Shown here one piece after another: positions 38,857 to 48,281 of a DNA stretch of 64,000 nucleotides. The translations under genes were made by a program, and so were the position numbers. Source of the stretch: Patescibacteria group bacterium (lineage in GTDB: Bacteria; Patescibacteriota; Minisyncoccia; Phycocordibacterales; UBA12079). The DNA is taken from assembly GCA_018817595.1 (NCBI GenBank), contig JAHITU010000007.1, forward strand, positions 8,775-72,774, read 5' to 3'. Each line of letters starts with the position of its first letter. Position 1 is the stretch's first letter. Under the pieces are notes generated by a model. It was given only the letters and a program-made list of their open reading frames with translations, did no database searches and was not told where the DNA came from.

Positions 38857-39834
38857 ATGGATGAAGAAAAAGAATTTAAATTTACAAAAAAACAATTAAT
38901 TTTAGCTTTAGGGGTAGCTTTGGTTGCTGGTTGTTTTTTCCTGGCTGTCCAAGCTGTTTTGTATTTTAACTTGCAATATGAAAAATCTCTTATAGAGAAA
39001 AGGGATTTAACTGAAATGAGAGGAGCTATCAAGGAGGATGTTTTTAAAAATTTATCTTTGTCAGCTAGAGCTTACTTAGTTTGGGATACAAAAAGCCAAA
39101 AGATAATTACCTCAAAAAATGAAGAAATGCAATTACCTTTAGCTTCCTTAACTAAATTAATGACTGCATATATTGTTTTTAATGACATAAAAAACAATTC
39201 AACCTTAACCATTCAAAATAATAATTTAGAAAAAGAAGGGGATAATGGCCTTCTTTTAGGAGAACAGTGGAATTTATTAGATATGATTGATTTTGTTTTG
39301 ATGTCTTCGTCTAACGATGGAGCGAGTGCCTTAGCCTCAATGGTATCTTCTATCAAAGGAAAAGCCCCTGAAGACTTTATTCAAGAAATGAATAACAAAG
39401 CAAGAGAATTGGGGATGACCCAGTCTTTTTTTCTAAATGAATCTGGTTTGGATTTAAATGAAACTATGAGTGGAGCCTATGGTTCAGTTAAGGATACTGT
39501 AATTTTAATGGAAAATATTTTAAAAGATAATAAAAATTTATTAGAAGCCAGCACTCAAAAAGAACAAGAAATGACTTCAGATACCTTAACTCATAAAGCG
39601 GTAAACACAAATATAATAATTGATAAGTTACCAGGAGTGATTGCTTCAAAAACAGGCTACACAGATTTAGCAGGAGGAAATTTAATTATGGCCTTTGATA
39701 TAGGAATTGGGCATAATATAATTATCTCTGTTTTAGGGTCAACAAAAGAGGAGAGATTCAGTGATTTGGAAAAATTATTTTGGGCAAGTGTAGAAGATCA
39801 ATATCAAAATTATGAATTAGGTATTAAAAATTAA
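38857..39834 (+). CDS. dacA: D-alanyl-D-alanine carboxypeptidase (S11, PBP5/6-like)
   Basis: SLTK (SXXK), SSND (SXN) and KTGYT (KTG) motifs. N-terminal TM anchor. Confidence 0.8.
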   Translation: MDEEKEFKFTKKQLILALGVALVAGCFFLAVQAVLYFNLQYEKSLIEKRDLTEMRGAIKEDVFKNLSLSARAYLVWDTKSQKIITSKNEEMQLPLASLTKLMTAYIVFNDIKNNSTLTIQNNNLEKEGDNGLLLGEQWNLLDMIDFVLMSSSNDGASALASMVSSIKGKAPEDFIQEMNNKARELGMTQSFFLNESGLDLNETMSGAYGSVKDTVILMENILKDNKNLLEASTQKEQEMTSDTLTHKAVNTNIIIDKLPGVIASKTGYTDLAGGNLIMAFDIGIGHNIIISVLGSTKEERFSDLEKLFWASVEDQYQNYELGIKN

Positions 39835-39905
39835 ACAAGTCTGTTAATCATCAAAATCAAAAAACTTTTGACTTTCGACTTTAAAGACTTTAGACTAGTT
39901 ACATT

Positions 39906-40961
39906 ATGTTATTAGATGTAGTAAAAATATTTGTGCCATGGACAGTTTCTTTCTTTATTGGCTTAGCTATTGCTCCTGCCTTAACCCACTACTTATACAA
40001 GCACAAAATGTGGAAAAAGACTTCTGGTAAACAAAAAGGCTTAGGTGGTGGAGGAACTCCTATTTTCAACAAATTACATAAAGAAAAAGACACAGGAACT
40101 CCTAGAATGGGGGGTATTGTTATTTGGATGAGTGTTTTGATTACTATCTTTATATTTTGGTTAATTTCTTGGCTTTACCCAACAGATTTTACTCAAAAAA
40201 TGGACTTTATGAGTCGAGGTCAAACTTGGTTGCCGTTATTTACTTTGATAGCTGGCTCTCTTGTCGGTTTATTTGATGACATTTTAGTTGTTTCAGGAAA
40301 GGGTAAATATATAGCAGGAGGATTATCTCTAAAAGCAAGAATTTTAATTGTCCTATGGATAGGATTAATCGGAGCTTTTTGGTTTTATTTTAAATTAGAT
40401 GTAACCAGTGTACTTATTCCTTTTATTGGGGAATGGTACTTAGGATTATTCTTTATCCCATTTTTTATGTTGGTTATGTTAGCACTTTTTGCTAGTGGGG
40501 TAATAGATGGGATTGATGGTTTATCGGGAGGGGTAATGGGAACTATTTTTTCAGCTTATGCAGGGATAGCTTTTTTTCAAAATCAAATCGACTTGGCCGC
40601 TTTCTGTGCCGTTATAGTAGGAGGAATTTTGGCTTTCCTTTGGTTTAATATTCCACCTGCTCGGTTTTATATGTCAGAAACAGGTATCTTGGGATTAACT
40701 GTAACCTTAACAGTGGTGGCTTTCCTAACAGGACAGGTTTTAGTTTTGCCTATTATTGCATTCCCACTTTTTGCTACAGTTTTAGGAAACATTATCCAAG
40801 TTGCCTCTAAAAAAATCAGAGGTAAAAAAGTATTTTTAGTAGCCCCGATTCATCATCATTTTGAGGCTTTGGGATGGCCTAGTTATAAAGTAGTAATGCG
40901 TTATTGGGTAATCAGTATCATTTTCGCCATTATGGGAATGGTCATTGCTTTGATAGGTTAG
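39906..40961 (+). CDS. mraY: phospho-N-acetylmuramoyl-pentapeptide transferase MraY
   Basis: Polytopic membrane protein with the DD(x)(x)D-type and HHHFE-like (PIHHHFE) MraY motifs. Confidence 0.8.
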   Translation: MLLDVVKIFVPWTVSFFIGLAIAPALTHYLYKHKMWKKTSGKQKGLGGGGTPIFNKLHKEKDTGTPRMGGIVIWMSVLITIFIFWLISWLYPTDFTQKMDFMSRGQTWLPLFTLIAGSLVGLFDDILVVSGKGKYIAGGLSLKARILIVLWIGLIGAFWFYFKLDVTSVLIPFIGEWYLGLFFIPFFMLVMLALFASGVIDGIDGLSGGVMGTIFSAYAGIAFFQNQIDLAAFCAVIVGGILAFLWFNIPPARFYMSETGILGLTVTLTVVAFLTGQVLVLPIIAFPLFATVLGNIIQVASKKIRGKKVFLVAPIHHHFEALGWPSYKVVMRYWVISIIFAIMGMVIALIG

Positions 40962-41032
40962 CGAGTCGAAAGTCAAAAGTCCATAACCTGCCTGCCGGCA
41001 GGCAGGAGTCGAAAGTTAAAAAATTTTAATTT

Positions 41033-41153
41033 TTCGTCTTTGCGACCCAGCACTTTGTTATAATCATATAAATAAAATTTATTAAAAATAAATAATAATT
41101 GTAAGATAAAAAATAAGTAATTTTATTCAAAGTGCTGGGGAAGCAATCTAGAA
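41033..41153. repeat. MITE-like repeat CGTCTTTGCGAC-CCAGCACTTTG ... CAAAGTGCTGGGG-AAGCAATCTAGAAA
   Basis: Conserved termini and 12-bp inverted arms. Lies immediately upstream of the Bro-N gene. Confidence 0.55.
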
Positions 41154-41176
41154 AAAGTTTTGATAAAATTTCTATA

Positions 41177-42001
41177 ATGAAAACTAATAAAAAAAATTTA
41201 AAAAAAATAAAGCCAATAATTTTTCAAGAAAAAGAGGTTCGAAGAATTTGGGATGAGAAAAAAGAGGAGTGGTATTTTTCTGTTATTGATATTGTTTCAA
41301 TTCTTACTGAACAAATTGATTTTAAAAAAGCTAAAAGTTATTGGACAACTCTTAAAAAACGATTAAAAGATGAAGGAAGTCAGTTGGTCACAGATTGTGA
41401 CCAACTGAAATTAAAATCTGCCGATGGGAAATTTTATTTAACAGATGTAGCAGACACAAGAACTATTTTTAGATTAGTTCAATCAATTCCTAGTAAAAAA
41501 GCAGAACCTTTTAAGTTATGGTTGGCTAAAGTTGGAAATGAAAGAATAAATGAAATTTATGATCCTGAAATAGCTATTAATCGAGCAATTAAAACATATC
41601 AAAGAAAAGGTTATGACGAAAAATGGATAAACCAAAGATTAAAATCAATTGAAATTAGAAAAGAATTAACTGATGAATGGAATAAACGAGGAGTAACCAA
41701 AGATGTGGAATACGCTATTTTAACTAATGAGATTTTAAAATCTTGGAGTGAGATGAATACTCAAGAATATAAGAAATTTAAGGGTTTAAAGAAAGATTCT
41801 TTGAAAGATAATATGACTAATTTAGAATTAGTTTTAAATATGTTAGCAGAAACTTCTACTACAGAAATTAGTAAGACAGAAAAACCACAAAATTTTAATG
41901 AAAATAAAAAAGTAGCTAAAAAAGGAGGAACTATAGCAAAAAAAGCAAAAATTGAGCTAGAAAAGAAGTTAAAAAGAAAGATATTAAAAGGTAAAAATTA
42001 A
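41177..42001 (+). CDS. Bro-N/KilA-N domain protein (DinD-like, phage antirepressor-type)
   Basis: N-terminal F..KEVRRIWDEKKEEWYFSVIDIVSIL Bro-N signature and a lysine-rich C-terminus. ORF start trimmed out of the upstream repeat. Confidence 0.65.
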   Translation: MKTNKKNLKKIKPIIFQEKEVRRIWDEKKEEWYFSVIDIVSILTEQIDFKKAKSYWTTLKKRLKDEGSQLVTDCDQLKLKSADGKFYLTDVADTRTIFRLVQSIPSKKAEPFKLWLAKVGNERINEIYDPEIAINRAIKTYQRKGYDEKWINQRLKSIEIRKELTDEWNKRGVTKDVEYAILTNEILKSWSEMNTQEYKKFKGLKKDSLKDNMTNLELVLNMLAETSTTEISKTEKPQNFNENKKVAKKGGTIAKKAKIELEKKLKRKILKGKN

Positions 42002-42116
42002 TAAGTGAACAACCTGTGGAAAAAAGAAGATGTTATTGATTTGTTAGCTTGATATCTTTAAAAAAGATTTAAGAAAAAGAGATACAAAAATAAAAAACTT
42101 TGATATAATATTTATT

Positions 42117-42569
42117 ATGGATAAAGAAACAAAAATAAGAAAAGAAGAAAGAGATAATTTCACTATTGTTTTGGAGGGTCTTCGTTCTGATTTCAAAATG
42201 TTTGGAGAGGGTCTTAGTGGTGTTAATGAGAGTCTAGGTAATAAAATAAATGAAGTTAATGAAAATCTAAGTAATAAAATAAATGTAGTTAATGAAAACC
42301 TAAGTAATAGATTAGATCATGTTGCGAAAAAAGTAGACATGAATTTTGAAGAGATTGGAAATATTAAAACAGAATTAAATGAAATAAATAATCATTTAGA
42401 TACTATAGATGGTCGTCTTGATAATATTGAAAAAGAAGTAGTATCTATAAGAAAAGATTTTGATTTTGTGAAAAATGAATTAAATTTAAAAGTTGATATT
42501 GATTATATAAAAGGTATTGAAAAACGATTAGAAAAAGTTGAAAAGCATTTAGAATTAAAAACAGCATAA
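42117..42569 (+). CDS. hypothetical coiled-coil protein
   Basis: 150 aa. Heptad-like repeats NEVNENLSNKINVVNENLSN. Confidence 0.5.
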   Translation: MDKETKIRKEERDNFTIVLEGLRSDFKMFGEGLSGVNESLGNKINEVNENLSNKINVVNENLSNRLDHVAKKVDMNFEEIGNIKTELNEINNHLDTIDGRLDNIEKEVVSIRKDFDFVKNELNLKVDIDYIKGIEKRLEKVEKHLELKTA

Positions 42570-42574
42570 CCTTA

Positions 42575-42649
42575 CTGTCTTCGCGAGGAATAAGTATTTT
42601 TTTTAATTTTTTAAAAAATAAAAAATACTTCTGACGAAGCGAACTATAG
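42575..42649. repeat. MITE-like repeat variant GTCTTCGCGAGGAA ... GACGAAGCGAAC
   Basis: Same terminal motifs. Lies immediately downstream of the coiled-coil gene. Confidence 0.45.
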
Positions 42650-42821
42650 TTATAAGTTTCAAAAAATAGGAAAAACCCATCGGGTCACTAGTGAGCTGAT
42701 AGGTTTTTTAATCTTTATTGCAGTTTAAAGGTTTTTTGAACAAGTTATTCACATTTTATGCATTGGTAAAGACAGTCTAAAAAGTTTATAATATAAGCAT
42801 TATAAGTAACAAAAACAAAAA

Positions 42822-45212
42822 ATGGATACAACAATAAGTTTAAATAAAACTTCTTCTTTAAAGAAGATACCTTTTTTGATAGGGGTGGTTCTATCATTTC
42901 TTTTGCCAATTTTTATTATTCCAGCGAATACATATTCTTTTGTTTTAGGAAAAAATGTGATTTTATTTTCATCTGTAGCCTTGCTATTTTTGCTTTGGGT
43001 TATTGAAAGAATTAAAAGCAAGGATTTCTTTTTATCAAAAAATCTTTTGGTAATATCCGCTTACTTGGTGCCTATTTCTTATTTACTATCAGCACTTTTC
43101 TCTGGTTCAATAATGGCTGGGTTGATTGGTTATGGATTTGAAACTAGCACTTTTGTATTTATAGGTTCTCTATTTGTGCTTATGTTTCTTACAGCTAGAG
43201 CCTTCAACAATAAACAGAAAGTGTTATATTTATATACTGGATTAATTTTGTCTTCAGTGATAATGGCGATTGTTCATATCCTAAGATTATTCTTTGGTGC
43301 TGATTTTCTTTCTCTAGGTTTGTTTAATACAACTACCTCAAACTTAATTGGGTCATGGAATGAGTTTAGTTTATTCTTTGGTTTGATTGCCTTGATTTCA
43401 CTTATCGCTAATGAATACTTGGGTAGAGATAAAATGACCAAAATATTAAGTTCAATATTGTTGGTAATTTCATTATTATTTGTTTGGTTAGTTAATTTCA
43501 ATTTAGTTTGGATGTTTTTGATGTTAGCTTCTCTATTCTTGGTTATTTACAGTCTTTTCTTAAATAAAAGACAAGAGGACTCAGTGGATTACAGCAAACT
43601 GTATAAAACACCTGCACCATATGTTTTTGTTATAACTCTACTATTTGTATTCTTACAAGGAACAATAGGAGGAATCTTACCCTCTATGTTCGGAATTTCA
43701 AACTACGAGGTAAGACCTACTATTTCTAGTACATTTTCTATCGCTATATCTAGCTTAAAAACTGATCCTCTATTGGGGGTAGGCCCAACAAAATTTATTA
43801 ATCAGTGGGTAGCTTATAAACCTCAAGGAGTAAATAATACAGAATTCTGGAATACTGATTTTAATACAGGAGCTGGATTTATTTTAACTTCATTAACTAC
43901 AGTTGGTTTACTAGGATTTATCTCTTGGATGTTATTTATTATTTCTTTTATCTATTTAGGTTTCAGATTGTTGAAAAAATCTAGAAATAATCAGTTAGAC
44001 CATTTTGTGGCTTTATCTCTGTTCCTATCAGCTGTATATTTAATCATGTTCTTAGTTTTCTATATTCCAGGGATAGTAATTTTAGGTTTAACTTTCTTGA
44101 TTCTTGGGGTTCTATTATCTTTCTTGAAACAAGATAATTTAGTAAAAGTGAATAAAATTTCTTTACTACATTCAAAATCAAAGTCTATAGGGCTTGTTAC
44201 TACAATGATAATATTCATAGGAGTAAATGGTTTTGGAGGATATTTGTTCACTCAAAAAGTATTGGCTTCTGTTCAATTTAACGAGGGAGTTCTAGCTATC
44301 AATGTTGATAACGATTTTAACAAAGGTTATGAAAAGATAGTTGGAGCAGTAAATAAATACCCTACTGATTTTTATTACAGAAATTTGACCGATTTGAACT
44401 TGATGCAATTACAAAATGTGTTCAATCAAAAAGATGTTTCAGAAGAAGATTTACAAAAACAATTCCAAGATGTATTTTCTGCTACTGTAGGGTCAGCTCA
44501 AAGAGCATTGCAGTTGGATATGAATAATTACCAAAACTGGGTGAACATAGCTAAAGTTTACGGAGCTGTTGTTCCGTTGAAATTAGAAAATTCATACGAG
44601 AGTGCCTTGCAGGCTTATTCAGAAGCCATTAGATTAAATCCTTCTAACCCTTTGTTAGTTTTGAATTTAGCTAATCTAGAAATTGCTAATGAAGACCTAG
44701 AAAAAGCTCGAGAATACATTGGAATTTCAATTCAAATGAAAAATAATTATTCAGATGCTTATTATTTGTTGTCTCAAATAGAATTAAACGCAGGAGATAA
44801 AGAAAAGGCAATTCAAGTGATTGAAGCTTTGGCAAATGTTTCTCCTAATGACCCACAGGTATTCCTACAATTAGGAGCTTTCAATTATGAAGAAAAGGAT
44901 TATGAAAGAGCTCAAGCCTTTCTAGAAAGAGCTGTTATTTTGAATCCTTATTACTCAGATGCTAAATATTTACTAGCCTTAACATACGATGTTATGGGTG
45001 AAAAAGAAAAAGCCCTTGGTCAATTTAGTGACCTAAAAATCTTAAATCCTAATGATGAAAACATAGATGCTATTTTGAAAAATGTAGAAGAGGGAAGAGA
45101 CCCATTCTATGGTTTTGAACAACAGGCATCTGCACCAGCGCCTGCACCTGCTGAGGATGTAACAACAGAAGAAGACAACACAGAAGTACCCGAAGAAGTA
45201 GTTGAAGAATAA
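42822..45212 (+). CDS. polytopic membrane protein (O-antigen ligase/Wzy-like) with C-terminal TPR repeats
   Basis: About 12 TM helices, then TPR-like repeats (AYSEAIRLNPSN, ALANVSPNDPQ, LERAVILNPYYSDA) and an acidic tail. Confidence 0.65.
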   Translation: MDTTISLNKTSSLKKIPFLIGVVLSFLLPIFIIPANTYSFVLGKNVILFSSVALLFLLWVIERIKSKDFFLSKNLLVISAYLVPISYLLSALFSGSIMAGLIGYGFETSTFVFIGSLFVLMFLTARAFNNKQKVLYLYTGLILSSVIMAIVHILRLFFGADFLSLGLFNTTTSNLIGSWNEFSLFFGLIALISLIANEYLGRDKMTKILSSILLVISLLFVWLVNFNLVWMFLMLASLFLVIYSLFLNKRQEDSVDYSKLYKTPAPYVFVITLLFVFLQGTIGGILPSMFGISNYEVRPTISSTFSIAISSLKTDPLLGVGPTKFINQWVAYKPQGVNNTEFWNTDFNTGAGFILTSLTTVGLLGFISWMLFIISFIYLGFRLLKKSRNNQLDHFVALSLFLSAVYLIMFLVFYIPGIVILGLTFLILGVLLSFLKQDNLVKVNKISLLHSKSKSIGLVTTMIIFIGVNGFGGYLFTQKVLASVQFNEGVLAINVDNDFNKGYEKIVGAVNKYPTDFYYRNLTDLNLMQLQNVFNQKDVSEEDLQKQFQDVFSATVGSAQRALQLDMNNYQNWVNIAKVYGAVVPLKLENSYESALQAYSEAIRLNPSNPLLVLNLANLEIANEDLEKAREYIGISIQMKNNYSDAYYLLSQIELNAGDKEKAIQVIEALANVSPNDPQVFLQLGAFNYEEKDYERAQAFLERAVILNPYYSDAKYLLALTYDVMGEKEKALGQFSDLKILNPNDENIDAILKNVEEGRDPFYGFEQQASAPAPAPAEDVTTEEDNTEVPEEVVEE

Positions 45213-45232
45213 TCATTTTAATTTAAGAAAAG

Positions 45233-46867
45233 ATGATAAAAAGAGTTTTCAATTTTTTAGATAAAGATATAAGCGGTCTGCATAGGGCCGCTTATGTTTT
45301 GGGTTTTTCAGCCCTTTTATCTCAATTATTAGCTCTGTTAAGGGACAGGATATTAGCCCATACATTTGGAGCTGGGGAAGTTCTCGATATCTATTATTCA
45401 GCTTTTAGAATTCCTGATTTTATTTTTATCACAGTAGCTTCGATTGTTTCTGTTTCTGTTCTAATTCCATTTCTATCACAGGAGAAGAGTGAAGAAAAAG
45501 CCAAGAACTTTATGAATGAAGTTTTTTCGGTTTTCTTTTTTCTGGTTTTAATAATATCTGCTATTACTTTTCTTTTAGTTCCTAAAATAATCCCTTTTGT
45601 TTTCCGAGGTTTTTCTGCTGATGTTTTAGAGCAAGTTATTCTCTTAACCAAGATAATGTTAATGTCTCCAATTCTCTTAGGTTTATCAAATTTCTTTACT
45701 TCTGTTATTCAAACTCAAAAAAAATTCTTTGTTTATGCTCTTAGTCCTTTGCTTTATAACATAGGTATAATTATCGGAATCTTGTGGTTTTACCCTTTGT
45801 GGGGTATTTCTGGGCTTGCCTTTGGGGTTGTAACAGGAGCTTTTCTGCATTTAGTTATTCAATTACCCTCTATTTACAAACTTGGTTTTATTCCTAAATT
45901 CACTTTCAAGATTCACATTAATAAAATAAAGGATTTAATGGCTTTATCTTTGCCTCGAACTCTCGCTGTTTCTGCTAGTTCTTTGGCTATCTTGGTTTTG
46001 ATTTCTATTGCTACTTATATGCGACAAGGTTCCATTGCTATCTTTAACTTTTCTTATGCCTTGCAATCCGTTCCCTTAACTATTATTGGGGTTTCATATA
46101 CTACTGCTGCTTTTCCTATGTTGTCTAAAATATCTAAGGAAAAGAGGGTTGAATTTATGGATCAAATTAGTATAACGGCTCGACATATTTTGTTCTGGAC
46201 TATTCCAGCTCTAGTTTTATTTTTTATATTAAGAGCCCAAATAGTGCGAACTGTTTTAGGCTCAGGAGAATTCACTTGGGTAGATACTCGTTTAACCGCG
46301 GCTTGTTTAGCGATTTTTGCTTTGTCTATTCCGGCTCAATCCTTGATTTTGTTTTTTGTCAGGAGTTATTATGCCGCAGGAATAACCAAGAGACCTGTTT
46401 TGATAAATGTAATTTCTTCAGTTTTTATTATAATTTCAGTTTTTTTGTTCAAATGGATTTTCACAAGCTTACCCATTCTTTTAAATTTGTTTGGCTATCT
46501 ATTAAAGATTCAAGACATTTCAGATATTCAAGTGATTATTTTACCTTTAAGCTTTACTATTGCTACTATTATAAATTTATTTTTGTTATTCTTTTTTATT
46601 CAAAAAGATTTTCAGTATTCATTAAAAGACTTATCACAAACTATTATTCAAATTTCTATTGCTTCAATTTTAATGGGAATAATCGCTTATTTCTCTTTGA
46701 AGATTTGGGATAATGTTTTTGATATCCAAACCCTAATCGGAGTTTTCCTACAAGGACTATTCTCTGGACTAACAGGCATAATTGTTTGGTTGATTACTCT
46801 AAAGTTTTTAGATAACGAAGAAATCAACACTATTATCTATGCAGTAAAAGACAGGGTAGGGAAATAA
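45233..46867 (+). CDS. murJ: lipid II flippase MurJ (MviN)
   Basis: 14-TM MOP-family protein. N-terminal LRDRILAHTFGAGEVLDIYYSAFRIPDF signature. Confidence 0.8.
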   Translation: MIKRVFNFLDKDISGLHRAAYVLGFSALLSQLLALLRDRILAHTFGAGEVLDIYYSAFRIPDFIFITVASIVSVSVLIPFLSQEKSEEKAKNFMNEVFSVFFFLVLIISAITFLLVPKIIPFVFRGFSADVLEQVILLTKIMLMSPILLGLSNFFTSVIQTQKKFFVYALSPLLYNIGIIIGILWFYPLWGISGLAFGVVTGAFLHLVIQLPSIYKLGFIPKFTFKIHINKIKDLMALSLPRTLAVSASSLAILVLISIATYMRQGSIAIFNFSYALQSVPLTIIGVSYTTAAFPMLSKISKEKRVEFMDQISITARHILFWTIPALVLFFILRAQIVRTVLGSGEFTWVDTRLTAACLAIFALSIPAQSLILFFVRSYYAAGITKRPVLINVISSVFIIISVFLFKWIFTSLPILLNLFGYLLKIQDISDIQVIILPLSFTIATIINLFLLFFFIQKDFQYSLKDLSQTIIQISIASILMGIIAYFSLKIWDNVFDIQTLIGVFLQGLFSGLTGIIVWLITLKFLDNEEINTIIYAVKDRVGK

Positions 46868-46906
46868 ATTTTGCTTTTTTATTTCAAATTGATATAATCC
46901 GAGCTA

Positions 46907-47263
46907 ATTGGCTCTATCGTCTAACGGTTATTGGAATTAAAAGCAAATTTCTTTGCTTTTAATCCGGTTCTGAGCGATAGCGAAGAAATGACCGATGTTT
47001 ACGAGGTCATAGGATAAGCCTTCGTTGAAGGCGATGTCTTTGAAATATAGCAGACAATGTTAATTTAAAATATAATATATAGTAATGGCCTTATCGTCTA
47101 ATGGTTATTGGAATTAAAAGCAAATTTCTTTGCTTTTAATCCGGTTCTGAGCGATAGCGAAGAAATGACCGATGTTTACGAGGTCATAGGATAAGCCTTC
47201 GTTGAAGGCGATGTCTTTGAAATATAGTAGACAATGTTAATTTAAAATATAATATATAGTAAT
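46907..47263 (+). repeat. two tandem 181-bp units, each starting with a copy of tRNA-Glu nt 1-22, directly upstream of the intact tRNA-Glu
   Basis: Units at 46907-47087 and 47088-47263 are about 98% identical. Each holds GGC(T/C)(C/T)TATCGTCTAA(C/T)GGTTA plus inverted copies of tRNA segments (GAAGGCGATGTC is the reverse complement of tRNA GACATCGCCTTC). Confidence 0.7.
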
Positions 47264-47335
47264 GGCCTTATCGTCTAATGGTTAGGACATCGCCTTCTCA
47301 AGGCGGCAATCCGGGTTCGATTCCCGGTAAGGTCA
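47264..47335 (+). tRNA. tRNA-Glu (anticodon CTC)
   Basis: Acceptor GGCCTTA/TAAGGTC, D-stem GTCT/GGAC, anticodon loop TTCTCAA, T-loop TTCGATT. Confidence 0.85.
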
Positions 47336-47518
47336 CAAATCAAAAATAACAGTCTTTCTGACTGTTATTTTTTGATTCTAGTGAATCTCCTGTGGAGATA
47401 ATCGAAGGTCGGAAGAAAATCCGAGATTTTCTGAGACGGGGTCGAGAACACTTTGTAAAATTTGAGCAAAGCGAAAAATTTTACTTAGTGATTCGTGATC
47501 GATTCCCGGTAAGGTCAC
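47336..47518 (+). ncRNA. conserved structured element trailing tRNA-Glu; ends in a direct copy of the tRNA 3' end
   Basis: Terminator, CGAAGGTCGGAAGAAAATCC...GAGACGGGGTCGAGAACACTTTG...TTTGAGCAAAGCGAAAAA...ACTTAGTGATTCGTGATCGATTCCCGGTAAGGTCAC. Confidence 0.6.
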
Positions 47519-47811
47519 AAAAAACAAAAACCTACACTTTATCGACCGTCAATAAAGTGTAGGTTTTTGTTTTGTTTTGCAAAAAGTAGGGGTAGCACCC
47601 CTACTTTTTAAATTATAAGATATTGTTGAAAAACTTCATAATTTCTTTATTTTTTCTTTACTGAAACTTCATAATAAATATGTATAAATTTGTAATTAGT
47701 GTGTTCTTACAGAAATGAAAGGAGGTGATATACTATTCTTTTGAGAGTTATCTTAGTAAATATTTTTTCACTAAATTTAAACCTAAATTAAAAAAGACCT
47801 AGGAGGTCAAA

Positions 47812-48246
47812 ATGAAAACTAGAATTAGTTTGATAGTTGGAATTATCTTTTCACTATTGATGTTTGTTGGTGTGAGTTTTTTGCAAGCTGATGTTATTGC
47901 GGCTTATGATACCAATGTAGCCGTTCCTGGTTTAAGTTGGTTGGATCATACTTATGTATGTGTAGATAATTCTTCTAATTGTCGATCTTTTCCAAGTGGA
48001 AGTGCTACAACAGGTGGTTCTGTTGTGACAAGCGGATCTGCTACAGATTCCCAAGTATTAAATTCTTTATGTTATGCTGCGGGTAGTATGACTTATCTTG
48101 TTCAAGGAGTTTGTCATCAACACTCAAACCGTATGTTGTATCCTATTAATAAAGAGTTGGATTCTTCAGTTAATGGATACAGTACTAGTCGTTGGTTATA
48201 TGGTACTTACGGGACAAATTTTTGGTCAATTTACTGTAATTATTGA
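47812..48246 (+). CDS. secreted Cys-rich small protein (signal peptide)
   Basis: Strong RBS AGGAGGTCAAAATG, N-terminal signal peptide, 6 Cys, Gly/Ser/Thr-rich, higher GC than its neighbours. Confidence 0.6.
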   Translation: MKTRISLIVGIIFSLLMFVGVSFLQADVIAAYDTNVAVPGLSWLDHTYVCVDNSSNCRSFPSGSATTGGSVVTSGSATDSQVLNSLCYAAGSMTYLVQGVCHQHSNRMLYPINKELDSSVNGYSTSRWLYGTYGTNFWSIYCNY

Positions 48247-48281
48247 TATCTTCTAACTTATAATTTATAGGAAAAGAGAAA

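Noticed and set aside
41132-41176. Upstream in-frame extension of the Bro-N gene (MLGKQSRKSFDKISI).
   Set aside because: The extension starts inside the MITE-like repeat terminus (CAAAGTGCTGGGGAAGCAATC). The conserved Bro-N domain begins right after the Met at 41177.
46276-46713. 145-codon plus-strand ORF overlapping murJ in another frame, and similar out-of-frame or antisense ORFs inside ftsI (8830-9231), groEL (35432-35875), dnaX (62373-62957) and dnaE (53578-53913, 53991-54188, 54488-54700).
   Set aside because: All are embedded in well-supported conserved genes, lack ribosome-binding sites and have low-complexity composition typical of AT-rich frame artefacts.
46907-47263. Regularly spaced 181-bp direct repeats near the tRNAs could be mistaken for a CRISPR array.
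   Set aside because: Only two units. The period is far longer than CRISPR repeat plus spacer, the spacers are identical and not unique, and the units derive from the tRNA 5' end. No cas genes are in the window.
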